A DNA stretch of 64,000 nucleotides, from positions 1 to 64,000 of the forward strand of contig JAFWDK010000022.1 in assembly GCA_017513085.1 (NCBI GenBank). The letters run 5' to 3'. The stretch comes from Clostridiales bacterium. Lineage in GTDB: Bacteria > Bacillota > Clostridia > Saccharofermentanales > Saccharofermentanaceae. The position numbers and the translations under genes were made by a program. A model generated the notes under the pieces. That model was given only the letters and a program-made list of their open reading frames with translations. It ran no database searches and was not told where the DNA came from. Shown here one piece after another: positions 28,326-39,064 of this stretch. Every line of letters begins with the position of its first letter. Position 1 is the stretch's first letter.

Positions 28326-30323
28326 TTATTGACTTACCATTTCCTTGGCTTGCAGTAGCGCTTCGTAAGCCTTCCATCTCGGGTGATCGTGATCTTCGAT
28401 ACCTTCCGATTCGATCTTTCTCATTGTATCGGCGGCCATGTCTCCAGCCAGACTTGCCCAGATATCCTTATCCACTTTACCGCCGGACAGACCGATTTCG
28501 AGGATCTGACCGATGAATCCGAGCGTGGAAGTCGTATACATATTTCCGGCGGAAGTTCCGTCGACCACCTTGGAGTGAAGCTTGTTGGTCAGGATGACTA
28601 CCACCATATTGTGCTCCGGATCGATCATGGTAAAAGTTCCTGTGAATCCTTGATGACCGAATGCTTGAGAATCGGTGACCGAGCCGAAATAGTTATCGCG
28701 CTTATGGTCGCCTTCGCGCCACCAGCCTAAAGCATATCCGGGATAATCTTCGTCCTGAAAAGAAGTAAACTGGTCGATGACATTCTGAGAGAAAAACCGA
28801 TGGTTGCCGTAGCCTCCTGTCAGCATGACCGAACCCAGGATCGCCAGATCCGCGGCATTGGAAAACAGGCCGGCATGACCGGATATACCGGCCATACAAT
28901 AATATGCATTCGGATCATGCACAATACCGTGGATCGTCTCGCTCCGCGCGCCGCGATAGGTTTCTTTTCTGGTATTACTGATCCATTCTGTAGCCGCGCA
29001 ATTATCTCTGGTAAATCCGTTCTGAAGCGGATTATAAGTGATGTGTGTCAATCCCATCGGGTTCCAGAACGTCTCTTTCAGATATTCATCCAGCCCCATG
29101 CCGGTTATCTTTTCGACGCAAAAGCACAGGATCATGAAGTCGAGATCGCTGTAAAGCAGTTTTGTTCCCGGTCTATACATCAGCGGAGTCTTGCAGATAG
29201 CCCGGAGTGTGGCTTGTCGGGTGGCCGGATCGGCGTTTGTGCCGACATAAAGGATGTTACTATCGTGCCCGGCGCTTCCTTGAGTGGCATTGTCGTATGT
29301 ATCATTAAAGTATTGCGGTCCTGCCGGAAATCCGCCTTGATGGCGAAGCAGGTCCCGAATCGTCAGTTCCGATTTCCACTTCTTATTGTTTTCCAAAGAG
29401 ATCCGGTCATATTTCGCATACGCGATGTCGATGGTGTTTTCGGAGAATTCTTTGCCCAGAATATCGACGATCTTCGTATCCAGTGTGAGCTGTCCCTGGG
29501 TAACCAGATGCTGGATCGCATAATTTACGCTGAAGACTTTCGTTACGGAAGCAAGATCGTAGAGCGTGTCCGAGGTGACTTGAGGAGCATCGATGCGATT
29601 GCCGTCTCCGTCCAGATCTTTTATGTTTCCCCATGCGTGGTCATAGACAAGTTTCCCGTCTTTCACGATAGCTACCTGTGCACTCGGAAACCCGTTTCTC
29701 ACATCGCAACTGATGATACTGTCGATGAGACGGATCGCATCCCCGGAAATGCCGACTTCTTCCGGGGTTCCCGGAATGACAGTCGGATAAGGAATGCGTA
29801 CTTTTACGACGCCTTCTGAAAGATCGCTCAATTGAAGGGAGTTCCTGCCATCACGTGAGATGCCTGAAATGTCTATGCAGTATGTGTTTCCGGGAGCCAT
29901 GGCGGAGGTGTTGATACGTGTATCATTTATGTAGAGAGAAAAACTTCCGGACCCGACACCCGGACGAACGAAGATCTTGCCTTGATTACGGTATCCGTAA
30001 AATCCCAGACGATTATTGGCGCCATACATAGAACGGTCCTGCCAGTCCGGAAAAGACAGATCATATTGCCATTCCAGGCTTGTATCGTCAAAAACATCTT
30101 CTGACGGATCGGTTTGTGTGATAACTACTTCACCGGCCGGAACGCTTTGGGAAACAGAAGTCTGGGATGACGCGGAGACATCGGATCCTTGGCGTTCACT
30201 ATTCAGGATAGTGCCGGAGGATGGAAACGACGGAGCAGAAGGTTCGCCTTTCTTACACGAAGCAGAGAATGCCGTTGTGATGATGAGTGTGGTACTTAGT
30301 ATAGCAGCAAGAGCTTTTTTCAT
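28326..30323 (-). CDS. Beta-lactamase-fold serine hydrolase lipoprotein (PBP4B/AmiE-like)
   Basis: True start MKKALAA (30323), lipobox SASC; DLASVTK (SxxK), YSD, GHAGLFS, GHQGFTG. Confidence 0.85.
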   Translation of the reverse strand: MKKALAAILSTTLIITTAFSASCKKGEPSAPSFPSSGTILNSERQGSDVSASSQTSVSQSVPAGEVVITQTDPSEDVFDDTSLEWQYDLSFPDWQDRSMYGANNRLGFYGYRNQGKIFVRPGVGSGSFSLYINDTRINTSAMAPGNTYCIDISGISRDGRNSLQLSDLSEGVVKVRIPYPTVIPGTPEEVGISGDAIRLIDSIISCDVRNGFPSAQVAIVKDGKLVYDHAWGNIKDLDGDGNRIDAPQVTSDTLYDLASVTKVFSVNYAIQHLVTQGQLTLDTKIVDILGKEFSENTIDIAYAKYDRISLENNKKWKSELTIRDLLRHQGGFPAGPQYFNDTYDNATQGSAGHDSNILYVGTNADPATRQATLRAICKTPLMYRPGTKLLYSDLDFMILCFCVEKITGMGLDEYLKETFWNPMGLTHITYNPLQNGFTRDNCAATEWISNTRKETYRGARSETIHGIVHDPNAYYCMAGISGHAGLFSNAADLAILGSVMLTGGYGNHRFFSQNVIDQFTSFQDEDYPGYALGWWREGDHKRDNYFGSVTDSQAFGHQGFTGTFTMIDPEHNMVVVILTNKLHSKVVDGTSAGNMYTTSTLGFIGQILEIGLSGGKVDKDIWASLAGDMAADTMRKIESEGIEDHDHPRWKAYEALLQAKEMVSQ

Positions 30324-30496
30324 ATTACTTTCCTTATAAATAAATTCTAATTTATTATACTGCCTCCGAAATGGATTGTGGGGCTCTGTCATGAAAAAGC
30401 ACTGCCGCGGTATAAAACAGAAAGAGTATAATGAAGGAAATGTTGTCCGACGTGTGGTTTCGTGTCGGCTGTTTGAGTTTTTCCGGAGGGTGGAAT

Positions 30497-31447
30497 ATGG
30501 ATGATCCGAATAGCAATGTATGGCTGAAAAACCGCCGTTTTTACGAAGAACATGTGGCAGGAATGATCCGTGACCGGTTCGGTTTATATGAGTCCCGCAT
30601 CGCAGTAGGTCTTTCCGGCGAAGGTTCGGATTGTTTCGGTTTTGACGATGAGATCTCACGGGACCATGACTTCGGAACAGGTGTGTGTTTATGGCTTACA
30701 GATGAAGATATGCATCTTTACGGTCATAAATTGAATGAAGCATATACAGTTTTGGTCCAAGAAAAGGAAAGGGCATTTTATACGCCGAGATTGCAGGAAC
30801 GTCGAGGTGTCATGTCCATTCATGATTTTTATTCCAATATCCTGCAGATCGATTGCGATACAGTCGGATGCACGATGAGTGAACAGCAATGGCTTCGCCT
30901 AGATCATGCCTGTCTGGCGACGGCTGTAAATGGCGAGATCTACAGAGACGATCTGGGTGCTTTTTCCAAATTCCGGAAACTGCTTATGGATTACTACCCG
31001 GATAGAGTATGGCGAATGCGGATCGCAGAGAAGATGCATGAGTATTCTGCAGCTTTGCAGGTGAACTACGCAAGATGTATGACGAGAAAAGATACGGTGG
31101 CTGCACAATTATGTAAGAGTAGAGGAACCGAAGCGGCGATGGAACTGTTTTTCCTTCTTAAGCGTGTCTATCCGCCATACTATAAGTGGACTTTCCGTGC
31201 ATTATCCAAATTGGAAGGAGCGGAGGAATTTTCTGCGAGGATACAGGAACTTGCCGATCTTCCTTGTAGCAAGGAAGCCTGGGAAGGAACGCGTTACCAT
31301 CCGAACAGGCAGAACTATAAGGATCGGGTCGTGTCTTTGTCGGAGGATATCGGCTATGATCTTTCGGAAATGCTGAAGCAGCAGGGCTTGATCGAACGCA
31401 TGAATCCGTATCTTGAAGCGGATGTGCAGAAGATCTTGAAGAGATGA
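30497..31447 (+). CDS. DUF4037-type nucleotidyltransferase-like protein
   Basis: GEGSDCFGFDDEISRDHDFG and YPPYYKW motifs; RBS GGAGG before ATG 30497. Confidence 0.75.
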   Translation: MDDPNSNVWLKNRRFYEEHVAGMIRDRFGLYESRIAVGLSGEGSDCFGFDDEISRDHDFGTGVCLWLTDEDMHLYGHKLNEAYTVLVQEKERAFYTPRLQERRGVMSIHDFYSNILQIDCDTVGCTMSEQQWLRLDHACLATAVNGEIYRDDLGAFSKFRKLLMDYYPDRVWRMRIAEKMHEYSAALQVNYARCMTRKDTVAAQLCKSRGTEAAMELFFLLKRVYPPYYKWTFRALSKLEGAEEFSARIQELADLPCSKEAWEGTRYHPNRQNYKDRVVSLSEDIGYDLSEMLKQQGLIERMNPYLEADVQKILKR

Positions 31448-31552
31448 ACCGGAAAGAAGGAAATGCGAGAGATTTTTGAGATGAGCTTTCCAATGGTTTC
31501 CGTTCATGTATAATAAATAAGAGAAAAATTCGTTTTTTTCAGGAGGGTCGAC

Positions 31553-32323
31553 ATGAACTTCAATTCGAATGACAACCAGGCAGGATACGACGAAGATATA
31601 CAGTACGCAGACGCACTTGCTGCTGCACTTGAAGAGCTAAGTGAACCTCTCGGTAACTATGGCAGAGTTTATGCGGAGAAAGAAGCTCTGCAGAAGCAAA
31701 AAGACGGTTTGGCCCAGAGAGGCGGAATCAGCGAGAGCTTCGGCAGATTGATCTGCTATGGCATAGCATCGGTTTTTGCGGTGATCCTGCTCATTATACT
31801 GAATCTTCTGGCGGCGCCTGTCTTTGTTTTTATACTTTTCGGTTTTGTGGCTGCTGCCGCATATCTTGTGGTGGGAACTATTATCATCCAGTACCAGCAA
31901 AATACACATCTGAACGTATCCGATCTCTCGGCTGCCATTGATGAGCGCGAAGACAAACTGATTGCTTATGACAAAGAACTCCGTTCCTACAGAGGAGTGG
32001 ATGTCCCGATCGAATACAGAAACCGTAAAGCAATCTCTTTTTTCCAGGATGTGTTGCGTTCCCATGAAGCTTTTTCTATAGACGAAGCAATAGAACTTTA
32101 TGAATCTGAGCTCAGACTCAATCCGGCTTTGGCAGACCGTCAAAGTCCTGAGCAGCTTCAACAACAGCTTGCCCAGACTGCCCTTCTGCCACAGGGAGAT
32201 GACGATCTTATGTCGCGTGCCCGCAATGCCATCGAATACATGGGCGGCATAAAGATATTCGCATTTATAACTGCACTTGTATTTCTTTCCTTTATTGTCA
32301 CCGGTGTGATTGCAGGTATCTGA
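31553..32323 (+). CDS. Hypothetical membrane protein
   Basis: 256 aa, RBS AGGAGG, three hydrophobic segments. Confidence 0.75.
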   Translation: MNFNSNDNQAGYDEDIQYADALAAALEELSEPLGNYGRVYAEKEALQKQKDGLAQRGGISESFGRLICYGIASVFAVILLIILNLLAAPVFVFILFGFVAAAAYLVVGTIIIQYQQNTHLNVSDLSAAIDEREDKLIAYDKELRSYRGVDVPIEYRNRKAISFFQDVLRSHEAFSIDEAIELYESELRLNPALADRQSPEQLQQQLAQTALLPQGDDDLMSRARNAIEYMGGIKIFAFITALVFLSFIVTGVIAGI

Positions 32324-32325
32324 TC

Positions 32326-33015
32326 ATGAAGATTCACGGCTTGATGAAAATGACATTGTTGGACTTTCCCGGTAAAGTCGCCTGTACCGTATTTCTCGGA
32401 GGGTGTGATTTCCGTTGCCCGTTCTGCCATAACTGGGAGCTTCTGGATCCGGAGGCGCCGGCTTTTATGGAAGATACGGAATTATTGCGCTTCCTGGATA
32501 CAAGACACGGCTTACTGGATGGTGTTGTATTTACAGGAGGAGAGCCACTCCTTCGACGGGAGCTTCCTGATCTGATCAGATCGATCCGTGGAATGGGCTT
32601 TCAAGTGAAACTGGATACTAACGGGAATCATCCGGACCGCTTGATCGAACTTGTAGAGGAAGGCCTTGTGGATTATGTTGCGATGGATATCAAGAATTGC
32701 AGAGAACGTTATGGAGAGACCATAGGAATCCCGAATTTCAATGTGTCAAAAATTAATCAAAGTGTAGAATACCTTCTTGGCGGAAAAGTAGATTATGAGT
32801 TCCGTACGACGGTCGTTTCGCAGTTCCATGACGAAGAATCCATGAAGAAGATCGGGGAATGGATCCATGGTGCGGACCGATACTTCCTGCAAGGTTTTGT
32901 GAGCCGGGAGACTGTGCCGGACAAAGAGTTGAAGGCCTGTTCCAAAGAGCAGATGAATGCCTTTCTGGACATTGTTTCACCTTGTGTAAAAGAGGCTGCC
33001 CTGCGAGGAATTTGA
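32326..33015 (+). CDS. nrdG: Anaerobic ribonucleotide reductase activating protein (radical SAM)
   Basis: CDFRCPFCHN, TGGEP, KLDTNG, YEFRTT; adjacent to nrdD. Confidence 0.92.
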   Translation: MKIHGLMKMTLLDFPGKVACTVFLGGCDFRCPFCHNWELLDPEAPAFMEDTELLRFLDTRHGLLDGVVFTGGEPLLRRELPDLIRSIRGMGFQVKLDTNGNHPDRLIELVEEGLVDYVAMDIKNCRERYGETIGIPNFNVSKINQSVEYLLGGKVDYEFRTTVVSQFHDEESMKKIGEWIHGADRYFLQGFVSRETVPDKELKACSKEQMNAFLDIVSPCVKEAALRGI

Positions 33016-33047
33016 AATAAAAATCAAATACGTAATGAGATTGTAAG

Positions 33048-33116
33048 ATACAATATCTTGTGTTTTGCATTTTTTCGCTCACAAGATATTGACTTTTTTG
33101 CCCGTAATGATATCTT
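33048..33116 (+). promoter_or_regulatory. Tandem NrdR boxes overlapping the nrdD promoter
   Basis: ATACAATATCTTGTGT (33048-33063) and TCACAAGATATTGACT (33079-33094), 31 bp apart; -35 TTGACT and TG-A-TATCTT -10. Confidence 0.8.
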
Positions 33117-33200
33117 TGTATATAACAGCCGTTAAGGGTAGCGAGCGATGGTTAAGAAGGGTGCCCATCGTGAAGTAATAAATCGGGAGGAAGGCTATTT

Positions 33201-35654
33201 ATGTATCGAGTATCAAAGAGAGACGGGGTAATCGTTGATTTTAATGTATCCAAGATCAGTGCAGCGATTGAGAAAGCGTTTATAGGATGTGACAAGCAGT
33301 ATCATCCGAGCGTGATCGATATGCTGGCGCTTCGCGTTACCAGTGATTTTGAAGATAAGATCAAAGACGAAGTGATTTCGGTGGAGGATATTCAGGATAG
33401 TGTAGAGAAGATCCTGTCCGAAGCAGGTTACTCTGATGTCGCGAAGGCATATATCCTTTACAGAAAACAGCGTGAGAAGATCCGTAATGTTAGAAATACG
33501 ATGTTGAACTATAGAGACATCGTGGACAATTATCTGAAGATCAACGACTGGCGTGTTAAAGAGAACTCTACCGTTACCTACAGCGTAGGCGGACTCATTC
33601 TCTCCAACTCCGGTGCCATTACGGCGAACTACTGGCTCTCTGAGATCTATGATGAAGAAATCGCAGAAGCGCACAGAAGCGCGGCGATCCATATCCACGA
33701 CCTGAGCATGCTGACAGGTTATTGTGCGGGATGGTCTCTCAAGCAACTGATCCAGGAAGGTCTTGGCGGCGTAGTCGGAAAGATCACTTCTTCTCCGGCA
33801 GGACACCTGTCCACATTGTGCAACCAGATGGTCAACTTCCTCGGCATCATGCAGAACGAGTGGGCCGGCGCACAGGCTTTCTCCTCTTTCGATACTTATC
33901 TGGCTCCTTTCGTTAAGATCGATAATCTTTCCCAGAAAGAAGTTAAGCAGTGCATCCAGTCTTTTATCTTTGGTGTTAACACACCTTCAAGATGGGGTAC
34001 ACAGTCTCCGTTTACCAATATTACCCTTGACTGGGTCGTTCCGAGAGATATGAAGGATGAGCAGTGCTGGGTAGGCGGCAAACAGGTCGATTTCACCTAT
34101 GGTGAATGCCAGAAAGAAATGGATATGGTCAACAAGGCATTTATCGAGATCATGATCGAAGGTGATGCCAATGGCCGTGGTTTCCAGTATCCTATCCCGA
34201 CATACTCTATTACCAGAGATTTCAACTGGGATGAAACAGAAAACAACAAACTTCTCTTTGAAATGACAGCTAAGTACGGTACTCCATACTTCTCCAACTA
34301 CATCAATTCCGACATGGAACCGAGTGATGTTCGAAGCATGTGCTGCCGTCTGAGACTGGATCTTCGCGAACTTCGCAAGAAGTCCGGTGGTTTCTTCGGT
34401 TCCGGCGAATCTACGGGTTCTGTTGGTGTAGTTACCATTAACCTGCCGCGTATCGCTTATCTGGCGGCAGATGAGACAGATTTCTTTAAGAGACTCGACA
34501 GACTCATGGATCTGGCAGCAAGATCTCTGAAGACAAAGAGAACGGTTATTACGAAACTTCTTGATACAGGTCTGTATCCGTATACGAAGAGATACCTCGG
34601 CACTTTCGATAATCACTTCTCAACGATCGGTCTTATCGGCATGAATGAAGTCGGACTGAATGCGAAGTGGCTCCGTAAGGATCTTACTCACAAGGAGACT
34701 CAGGATTTCGCTGCAAAAGTACTCAATCACATGAGAGACAAGCTCAGTGACTATCAGGAGAAGTATGGTGACCTTTATAACCTCGAAGCAACTCCGGCTG
34801 AGTCCACAACATACAGATTTGCCAAGCACGACAAGGAGCAGTTCCCGGATATTATTACAGCTAATGAGAAGGGCACACCTTATTACACCAACTCTTCTCA
34901 CTTGCCGGTAGGCTATACTGAGGATATCTTCTCTGCTTTGGATGTACAGGATAACTTGCAGACACTGTACACATCCGGTACTGTATTCCACGCTTTCCTT
35001 GGCGAGAAGCTTCCGGATTGGAAGGCTGCAGCTACTCTGGTACGTAAGATTGCCGAAAATTACAGATTGCCATACTATACCATGTCTCCGACATATTCTG
35101 TATGCAAGAACCATGGTTATATCACCGGCGAAGTTTTCGAGTGCCCGGATTGCGGAGGACGTACTGAGGTATATAGCCGAATCACCGGTTACTATCGTCC
35201 GATTCAGAACTGGAACGATGGCAAAGCACAGGAATATCAGGATCGTAGAGAATATGATATTGAGCATAGCTGCCTTTGCCACAGTGGTCCGATTACCTGT
35301 GTAAACAGCAATGAAGTGGAAGAAGCAGAACGCAAGGCATCCTCCGGTGCAGAAGAAGTGATCAACGTAACCGAGGCTCCGAAGCCGGCGGTTTCCGAAA
35401 ACGAGGGAACGGTTTTCCCGATCATGTACGTGAAAGATCACTGCCCGAAGTGCAAGGGTGCTGAGCAGAAGTTCAAGCTTGCCAAGGTACAGTACACAAT
35501 GGTGAATTGTTCCCAGAATATGGATGTGGCAAGAGAGATGAATATCCTGCAGACACCTACCATCATTGATGCAGACGGAACGAGATATGTTGGCGATAAC
35601 GCTGCATCCGAGTGGCTCAAGGCTCATTCTGAGAAAGTATCTACGGGAGTATAA
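33201..35654 (+). CDS. nrdD: Class III ribonucleoside-triphosphate reductase with ATP cone and C-terminal glutaredoxin-like domain
   Basis: VSKRDG ATP cone, IHIHDL, SMCCRL, EATPAE, CKNH...CPDC, YSRITGY glycyl-radical loop, C-terminal CPKC...TPT. Confidence 0.95.
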   Translation: MYRVSKRDGVIVDFNVSKISAAIEKAFIGCDKQYHPSVIDMLALRVTSDFEDKIKDEVISVEDIQDSVEKILSEAGYSDVAKAYILYRKQREKIRNVRNTMLNYRDIVDNYLKINDWRVKENSTVTYSVGGLILSNSGAITANYWLSEIYDEEIAEAHRSAAIHIHDLSMLTGYCAGWSLKQLIQEGLGGVVGKITSSPAGHLSTLCNQMVNFLGIMQNEWAGAQAFSSFDTYLAPFVKIDNLSQKEVKQCIQSFIFGVNTPSRWGTQSPFTNITLDWVVPRDMKDEQCWVGGKQVDFTYGECQKEMDMVNKAFIEIMIEGDANGRGFQYPIPTYSITRDFNWDETENNKLLFEMTAKYGTPYFSNYINSDMEPSDVRSMCCRLRLDLRELRKKSGGFFGSGESTGSVGVVTINLPRIAYLAADETDFFKRLDRLMDLAARSLKTKRTVITKLLDTGLYPYTKRYLGTFDNHFSTIGLIGMNEVGLNAKWLRKDLTHKETQDFAAKVLNHMRDKLSDYQEKYGDLYNLEATPAESTTYRFAKHDKEQFPDIITANEKGTPYYTNSSHLPVGYTEDIFSALDVQDNLQTLYTSGTVFHAFLGEKLPDWKAAATLVRKIAENYRLPYYTMSPTYSVCKNHGYITGEVFECPDCGGRTEVYSRITGYYRPIQNWNDGKAQEYQDRREYDIEHSCLCHSGPITCVNSNEVEEAERKASSGAEEVINVTEAPKPAVSENEGTVFPIMYVKDHCPKCKGAEQKFKLAKVQYTMVNCSQNMDVAREMNILQTPTIIDADGTRYVGDNAASEWLKAHSEKVSTGV

Positions 35655-35655
35655 T

Positions 35656-36567
35656 ATGTACGATATTATTGTAGTCGGCGGTGGACCTGCGGGTCTCACC
35701 GCCGCTATCTATGGACGGCGAAATGCAAAAACAGTCCTGGTGATTGAGAAATCTGTCTTTGGAGGACAGATCGTGAATTCTCCTAAGGTGGAGAATATTC
35801 CGGGTTTTGATTCTATTAGTGGAGATGAGTTCGGCGATAAGCTTCTGGAACAGGCAATGGGACAGGGCGCGGAAGCTACGATCGAGGATGTGACCGGCAT
35901 TGAAAAGAAAGAATCCGGCTTTATCGTATCTACAGCTGACGGGTCTTCTTATGAAGGAAAAACCGTTATTCTTGCAACGGGTACTACACATAGAACGCTT
36001 GGGCTTCCGGGTGAAGATGACCTGATTGGGAACGGAATCAGTTTTTGTGCAGTTTGCGATGGAGATTTTTACCGGGATAAGACCGTGGTCATGGTAGGTG
36101 GCGGAAACTCCGCTTTTGTTGAATCGGCTCTGCTGGTAGGTATAGTGAAGAAACTGATCATTCTGCAGGATCTTCCGAAGTTTACGGCTGATCAGAAACT
36201 TCAGGATCAGGTTCTATCTAAGGGAGACGTGGAAACACATGTCGGAACCAAGGTACTTGCTTATGAGGTTTCCGAAGATGGTGTGCTTACCGGCGTTACT
36301 TACGAAGAAGCAGGCCAGAGAAGAACAGTTGCCTGTGACGGAGTATTCCTTGCGGTCGGACTGGTACCTGAGAATACTGCTTTCGGTGAATGGGCACAGT
36401 TGGATGAGAGAGGATACTTCATACCGGAAAATATCTGTCATACTAAAACTCCCGGCATATATGTAGCCGGAGACTGCTGCCAAAAGACTTTGCGCCAGGT
36501 AACAACGGCCTGTTCCGATGGTGCATATGCAGCGATCAGCGCTTGTGATTACCTGAACGATCACTGA
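35656..36567 (+). CDS. trxB: Thioredoxin reductase
   Basis: GGGPAG, CAVCDG, GGGNSA, AGD; ATG 1 nt after the nrdD stop. Confidence 0.88.
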   Translation: MYDIIVVGGGPAGLTAAIYGRRNAKTVLVIEKSVFGGQIVNSPKVENIPGFDSISGDEFGDKLLEQAMGQGAEATIEDVTGIEKKESGFIVSTADGSSYEGKTVILATGTTHRTLGLPGEDDLIGNGISFCAVCDGDFYRDKTVVMVGGGNSAFVESALLVGIVKKLIILQDLPKFTADQKLQDQVLSKGDVETHVGTKVLAYEVSEDGVLTGVTYEEAGQRRTVACDGVFLAVGLVPENTAFGEWAQLDERGYFIPENICHTKTPGIYVAGDCCQKTLRQVTTACSDGAYAAISACDYLNDH

Positions 36568-36653
36568 CAGACAAACGCCTTTACCTTAGTCAATTACATG
36601 CTTCCATGGAATGTAGTATAATATACGATGGGTTTGACTGAGGAGGGCGGAAA

Positions 36654-39032
36654 ATGAAGCCGGGATATAGACGTGCAGCAGCGGCCTTACTGGTTATTTC
36701 CATACTGTTTTCGCTGACTGCATGTAAAAAGACGAAGAAGACCTTTTCAAAAGTCGTAAAAGAAGACGACCCGTATTTTGATGTGCAGGAAATAGAATTA
36801 AAACCACGTCTTAATACGGATGATTATACATGCGATTTACATGATGCAACAATTATCGGAGATTATATTGTAACCAATGGTAATATTTTTCAACGCAATC
36901 TGACGTCGGATGAGATCGTATCCCCTTTTTTTCAAAACTTTGTGGCAGTATTTGACTGCAATGGTGAGATGATCTCAATGGTTCCGAACGACCTCAATAC
37001 AGAAGTTGAGAATATCTTATGTGGTGCCAATAATGAAATCATGATCTTGTATTGTGATTATGCGCCGACAGCGAACGGGATAGATGAATTAAACGAAGTT
37101 TCCCGGCATCTTTGCGAGATTACACCTACTGGCGAAGTAGTCAGAGATATTCCATTGATGCTTGATGATATGAAGACTTGGTCGATAGGGTTCGGGTTTA
37201 TGGAGGACGGAAATATCCTTGTAAAAGGAATAGACATGTTGTACTGCATAAACAAGTCCGGAGAAATACTGTGGTCGACGGAGTGTATAAATCAGGATTT
37301 TACCAGTTACGACAATGGTCTATATTATGATGGAAAAGAATGGTATATCGGGGGACTGTCATTCGATTCAGATTATGAGATCTCGGAATGCTTTTTCCAA
37401 AAGATCGATATTCAGAATCAGACTATAAGCAAGGAACATATTCCAAATACTGATGTGTTCTCAGAAAGGATACATCTTTCGGACGGTTATTATTCTAAAG
37501 ACATGAGTGGTCTTTACAGGGTGGATCTGTTGAGCGATAAGAAAGAGGAAGTGATCAGTTGGAACAGTATTGACTATAACTACCTCAAGTTTTCGGATAA
37601 CGCAATCAAGGTCATATCTGATAATGAGATTTATGCATGTGTTTCCGAGAACGTGGAGTTGCCTAACGAATCCTATTTTGAAAAGAATTACTATGGGCAG
37701 ATCAAACTTGTAAAAATGACACGCGCGGCTAAAAATCCGCATGCCGGAAAAGCACTGATCACTATTGGTCTTTTTGAGAATAGTTACCAGTCTTTTTTTG
37801 ACTATATAGTCCGATACAATACTGTGCCGGATGGTCTTGCCAGAATTGCTATCCGATTTTATGACAATCACTATATGGATGTCATGTACAAAGGAGAAAA
37901 GAATAGTGTTTCCACTATTGATCAGGTATATAACGAAATGCTTTCCGGAACAGGACCGGATATCCTAATGGATTTTTCCGAGTACGGTAGATTTAATTCG
38001 GACAAGATCCTTCTGGATCTCAATTCTTTTATCGATGGGGAAAACGGATTAAATAGAAGCGAATACTTCAACAATGTATTCCGGGCATTTGAAGTAAAAG
38101 GGAAAATGTACCAGATCCCGGTCTGCATAGATATAGCCGGATATGTGGCAAATGGTGATTTGATCGGAACCAGGACCGGTTGGACTTGTTCCGAGTTCGA
38201 TCAGGTAGTCGGAAAACTTCCGGAAAGTGTGGAGGTTTTTGAATATACTACGCATGAGAACCTTCTTTCGATAATCGTCTCCAATTCTATGAATAGTTTC
38301 ATCGATTACGAGAAAAAAGAAGTCTTCTTCGATGGAGAAGAATTCAAGCAAGTTCTGGAAATCGCAAAAAAATACGGATGTGATAATGATTCTGGTGGTG
38401 AATCGTTCATGCCGGACCTTAGTGGAGATCACCCGGCTGATGAAACCGAAAGGAAAAAGATCGAAGATGGAAAACTGGCGCTGGTAAGTACATACATCTA
38501 CAACCTGACACAGTTTATTGTCAACAGAAGATTATGTAATCAGAAAGCTATCTTTGTCGGATATCCGTCTGAAGACGGAAGCGGCATGTCTGCCCGAGCG
38601 AGAATGACTTTTGGAATTTCTGCATATAGTGATTATTCAAAAGAAGCATGGGACTTTATCCGTTTTATGTTTAATGATGAGGAACAAGTGACTCATTCCC
38701 AGTTTTTTTCATCTATTCCGTTGTCAAGAACGGCATTTGAAAAGTGTATTGATGACGAGATCAAATCCAATCTTCAGTTAAAAAAATTTCTTGAAGAAGT
38801 GAATTTGGAGATTCCGGAGATGGTAATGGTGGAATATACGGAAGAAGATAAGACAGCCTATAGAAAACTGGTCGAAAATGTCAGTACGATCTACTTAACA
38901 GATTTAGAGATCATGAGTGTGATCATGGAGGAGTCAAAAGCATATTTCTATGACGATAAAGACATAGAAGATGTGGTAACCAAAATTCAGACGTCTGCCA
39001 CAAATATCGTACAAGGACGAGATAAGGGATAG
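36654..39032 (+). CDS. Large extracellular solute-binding-protein-like lipoprotein
   Basis: 792 aa, lipobox LTAC; GPDIL, FVGYPS, AWDFIR; same family as 2135 and 5187. Confidence 0.8.
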   Translation: MKPGYRRAAAALLVISILFSLTACKKTKKTFSKVVKEDDPYFDVQEIELKPRLNTDDYTCDLHDATIIGDYIVTNGNIFQRNLTSDEIVSPFFQNFVAVFDCNGEMISMVPNDLNTEVENILCGANNEIMILYCDYAPTANGIDELNEVSRHLCEITPTGEVVRDIPLMLDDMKTWSIGFGFMEDGNILVKGIDMLYCINKSGEILWSTECINQDFTSYDNGLYYDGKEWYIGGLSFDSDYEISECFFQKIDIQNQTISKEHIPNTDVFSERIHLSDGYYSKDMSGLYRVDLLSDKKEEVISWNSIDYNYLKFSDNAIKVISDNEIYACVSENVELPNESYFEKNYYGQIKLVKMTRAAKNPHAGKALITIGLFENSYQSFFDYIVRYNTVPDGLARIAIRFYDNHYMDVMYKGEKNSVSTIDQVYNEMLSGTGPDILMDFSEYGRFNSDKILLDLNSFIDGENGLNRSEYFNNVFRAFEVKGKMYQIPVCIDIAGYVANGDLIGTRTGWTCSEFDQVVGKLPESVEVFEYTTHENLLSIIVSNSMNSFIDYEKKEVFFDGEEFKQVLEIAKKYGCDNDSGGESFMPDLSGDHPADETERKKIEDGKLALVSTYIYNLTQFIVNRRLCNQKAIFVGYPSEDGSGMSARARMTFGISAYSDYSKEAWDFIRFMFNDEEQVTHSQFFSSIPLSRTAFEKCIDDEIKSNLQLKKFLEEVNLEIPEMVMVEYTEEDKTAYRKLVENVSTIYLTDLEIMSVIMEESKAYFYDDKDIEDVVTKIQTSATNIVQGRDKG

Positions 39033-39064
39033 AAAAAAAGAGCGGCTCAGGTCGCTCTTTTTTT
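39033..39064. terminator. Bidirectional terminator
   Basis: AAAAAAAGAGCGGC-TCAG-GTCGCTCTTTTTTT between convergent genes. Confidence 0.7.

Noticed and set aside
25088-29819. Long antisense ORFs (25088..25906, 26760..27623, 28800..29819)
   Set aside because: They lie fully opposite well-supported genes and lack RBS or motifs.
30324-30659. N-terminal extension of the 777-aa ORF
   Set aside because: Overlaps the divergent gene; the signal peptide and RBS place the real start at 30323.
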